From positions 434,001-498,000 of the forward strand of contig JAPMXV010000045.1 in NCBI GenBank assembly GCA_026936335.1: 64,000 nucleotides of DNA, read 5' to 3'. Below, piece after piece: positions 62,701-64,000 of this stretch. Below the pieces are notes generated by a model. That model had not been told where the DNA came from. It searched no databases and worked only from the letters and a program-made list of their open reading frames with translations. The translations under genes and the position numbers were made by a program. Each line of letters opens with the position of its first letter. Position 1 is the stretch's first letter. The DNA comes from Mantamonas sphyraenae STR306 (taxonomy: Eukaryota > Protista > CRuMs).

Positions 62701-64000
62701 CGCTCGAGGGCGAGGTGGCACGTGTGGCCATCGCGGACAACGTGAGCCGCGAGCTGGTGGTCAACACCGTGAAGAAGGGCGAGACGGAAATCGGCGTGTC
62801 GCAGATGGCCCAGCCGGTGCCGCAGTACATGCAGGGCGACGACGAGCTGCTGGCCAACCGCTACGAGGATCTGACCGCAGGCGAGAAGAACCTGCCGCCT
62901 CTGGCAGCGACGCGCGTGGACCTGTCGCACGATCTGCAGTTCCAGGGCAGCTCGGGCAGCGAGGGTGCCCCGAAGATCACCTGGTGGTCCACGGACTACG
63001 TGGAGATCACGGTGGACTCGCTGGCGGAGGGCAGCCACCTTGCGCTGGGCTATGTCACGGGCAAGATCGGCGAGAAGAAGAGCGAAGAGGACGAGGAGGA
63101 AGAGGAGGAAGGCGAAGAGCGCGTGTCGTACGTGTACGGCAACGACGGCAGCGTGCGCAAGGTGACGTTTACGTCGGATGGACGCGCCGCCGGGTTTGAG
63201 CTGACCGAGGAGGAGGTGACGGCCCTGGGCGAGGGTGCATCGTTCTCTGTGGCGACCTTTGCCGCAGGCGACGTGGTGGGCATCGGCCGCGACTACAAGA
63301 ACCGTGAGGTGTTTGTGACCAAGAATGGCGAGAACCTGGGCGCGCAGTTCAGCGAGCCGTGGGGCGCCATGTGGGCGACGGTGTTTACGCAGGGCGAAGG
63401 CGTGTCCTTCAGCGTGAACGACGGCGACGCAGTGCGCTACAACGTGGACTCGCACGTGTCGTCGTCCGATGGCTCGCTGTTCAAGATGCGCCCTGGTGCG
63501 CAGTTCAACGGCGTGTACACGGCGGACGAGGACCTGGCCACCATTGAGCTGAAGATCCAAAAGGTGGACGGCCGCGATTTCTCGGGCGAGCTGAACTGGC
63601 CGTCGGAGGAGACGGTGGTGAAGATGGAGGGTGAGCTGGGTGTGCACAACAGCCTTGTGTTCCGCGAGGTGGAAGTGCTGGAGGGCCAGAAGAACAACTG
63701 GACGTGCGGCGAGTTCAAGTGCACGATCGACGTCGATGGCAACATCCAGGGTTCGCTGGACGGGGCGGGCGAGAAGACGGTGGAGCTGGCACGCTTTGAG
63801 CGTGGCGTTGCGCTGGACTTTAGCAGCGAGGAGCACGCCTATGTGGATCTGGGCCGCGGATCGAAGCTGAACTCGGACGAGGGCCTGTTTGTGGAGATGT
63901 GGGTCAAGTTTGACGGCATGCCGGGCGAGAACGAGGCCCAGTACCTGCTGACGCGCGGCACGAAGCACGACGACCGCCTGTTCTTTGTGCGCGTGGCGAA
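53783..64000 (+). CDS. Giant SPRY-malectin-LamG protein, paralog B of the HECT ligase at 33010..48523 (3' truncated by window; absent from ORF track)
   Basis: Exons 53783..53960, 54479..54700 and 54889..>64000. N-terminus MGNSLNKALLDEDGNFDEEALSSSVQDDRAWLKL parallels MGSSLSLALRDEDTGAIDERALEDTAEDDRAWLRL. Colinear motifs include SGTIMIGV...YYLGGSSSY, IKRVQLALLRE, SPLFSDGRYLY, VAINCGG, AMLKHEG and LSVLGGLTDCVRTG. The same frame is read at 54891 and 63963. The HECT domain presumably lies beyond the window. Confidence 0.85.
54775..54875. repeat. (ATGGTGKG)n short tandem repeat plus (CA)n in intron 2 of giant paralog B
   Basis: atggtgtg/atggtggg octamer x ~5 from 54775, then a (CA)n run at 54856..54875. 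Confidence 0.8.

Noticed and set aside
56055-63968. 2637-aa minus-strand ORF
   Set aside because: It is the codon-register mirror of the true plus-strand paralog B exon; its translation has no recognisable domains, and it stays open because of GC-rich codon bias.

Overview
A GC-rich, very compact eukaryotic region (probably a protist) with GT-AG spliceosomal introns and about 19 protein-coding genes, often separated by only 28-200 bp. In order: HARE-HTH protein, TrmH/SpoU methyltransferase, a poly-TRAF-zinc-finger protein fused to a CYLD-type deubiquitinase, a gustatory-receptor-like 7TM protein, Rab24, a WD40-like protein, COX17, two Mpv17/PMP22 paralogs, CABIN1/HIR3-like, PNKD-like glyoxalase II, ACBP, TOM1-like VHS-GAT protein, an ankyrin-repeat ORF, alpha-tubulin, CAMSAP/Patronin (with a 159-bp coding repeat), a giant HECT E3 ligase of about 5,000 aa, RNA polymerase III largest subunit, and a second giant paralog of the ligase that runs off the window and is missing from the ORF track. 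The most striking items are the inverted pair of predicted myristoylated SPRY-malectin-LamG giant ligases flanking RPC1, the TRAF-finger/CYLD fusion and the GR-like channel. Also notable are a strand-anchored GC-skew switch that changes codon usage inside one gene, CA-rich 3' splice sites, and an intron that appears to split a start codon. Five single-base frameshifts are probably assembly errors. No rRNA, tRNA, CRISPR array or transposase was recognised. All assignments are by-eye motif recognition, not database searches.
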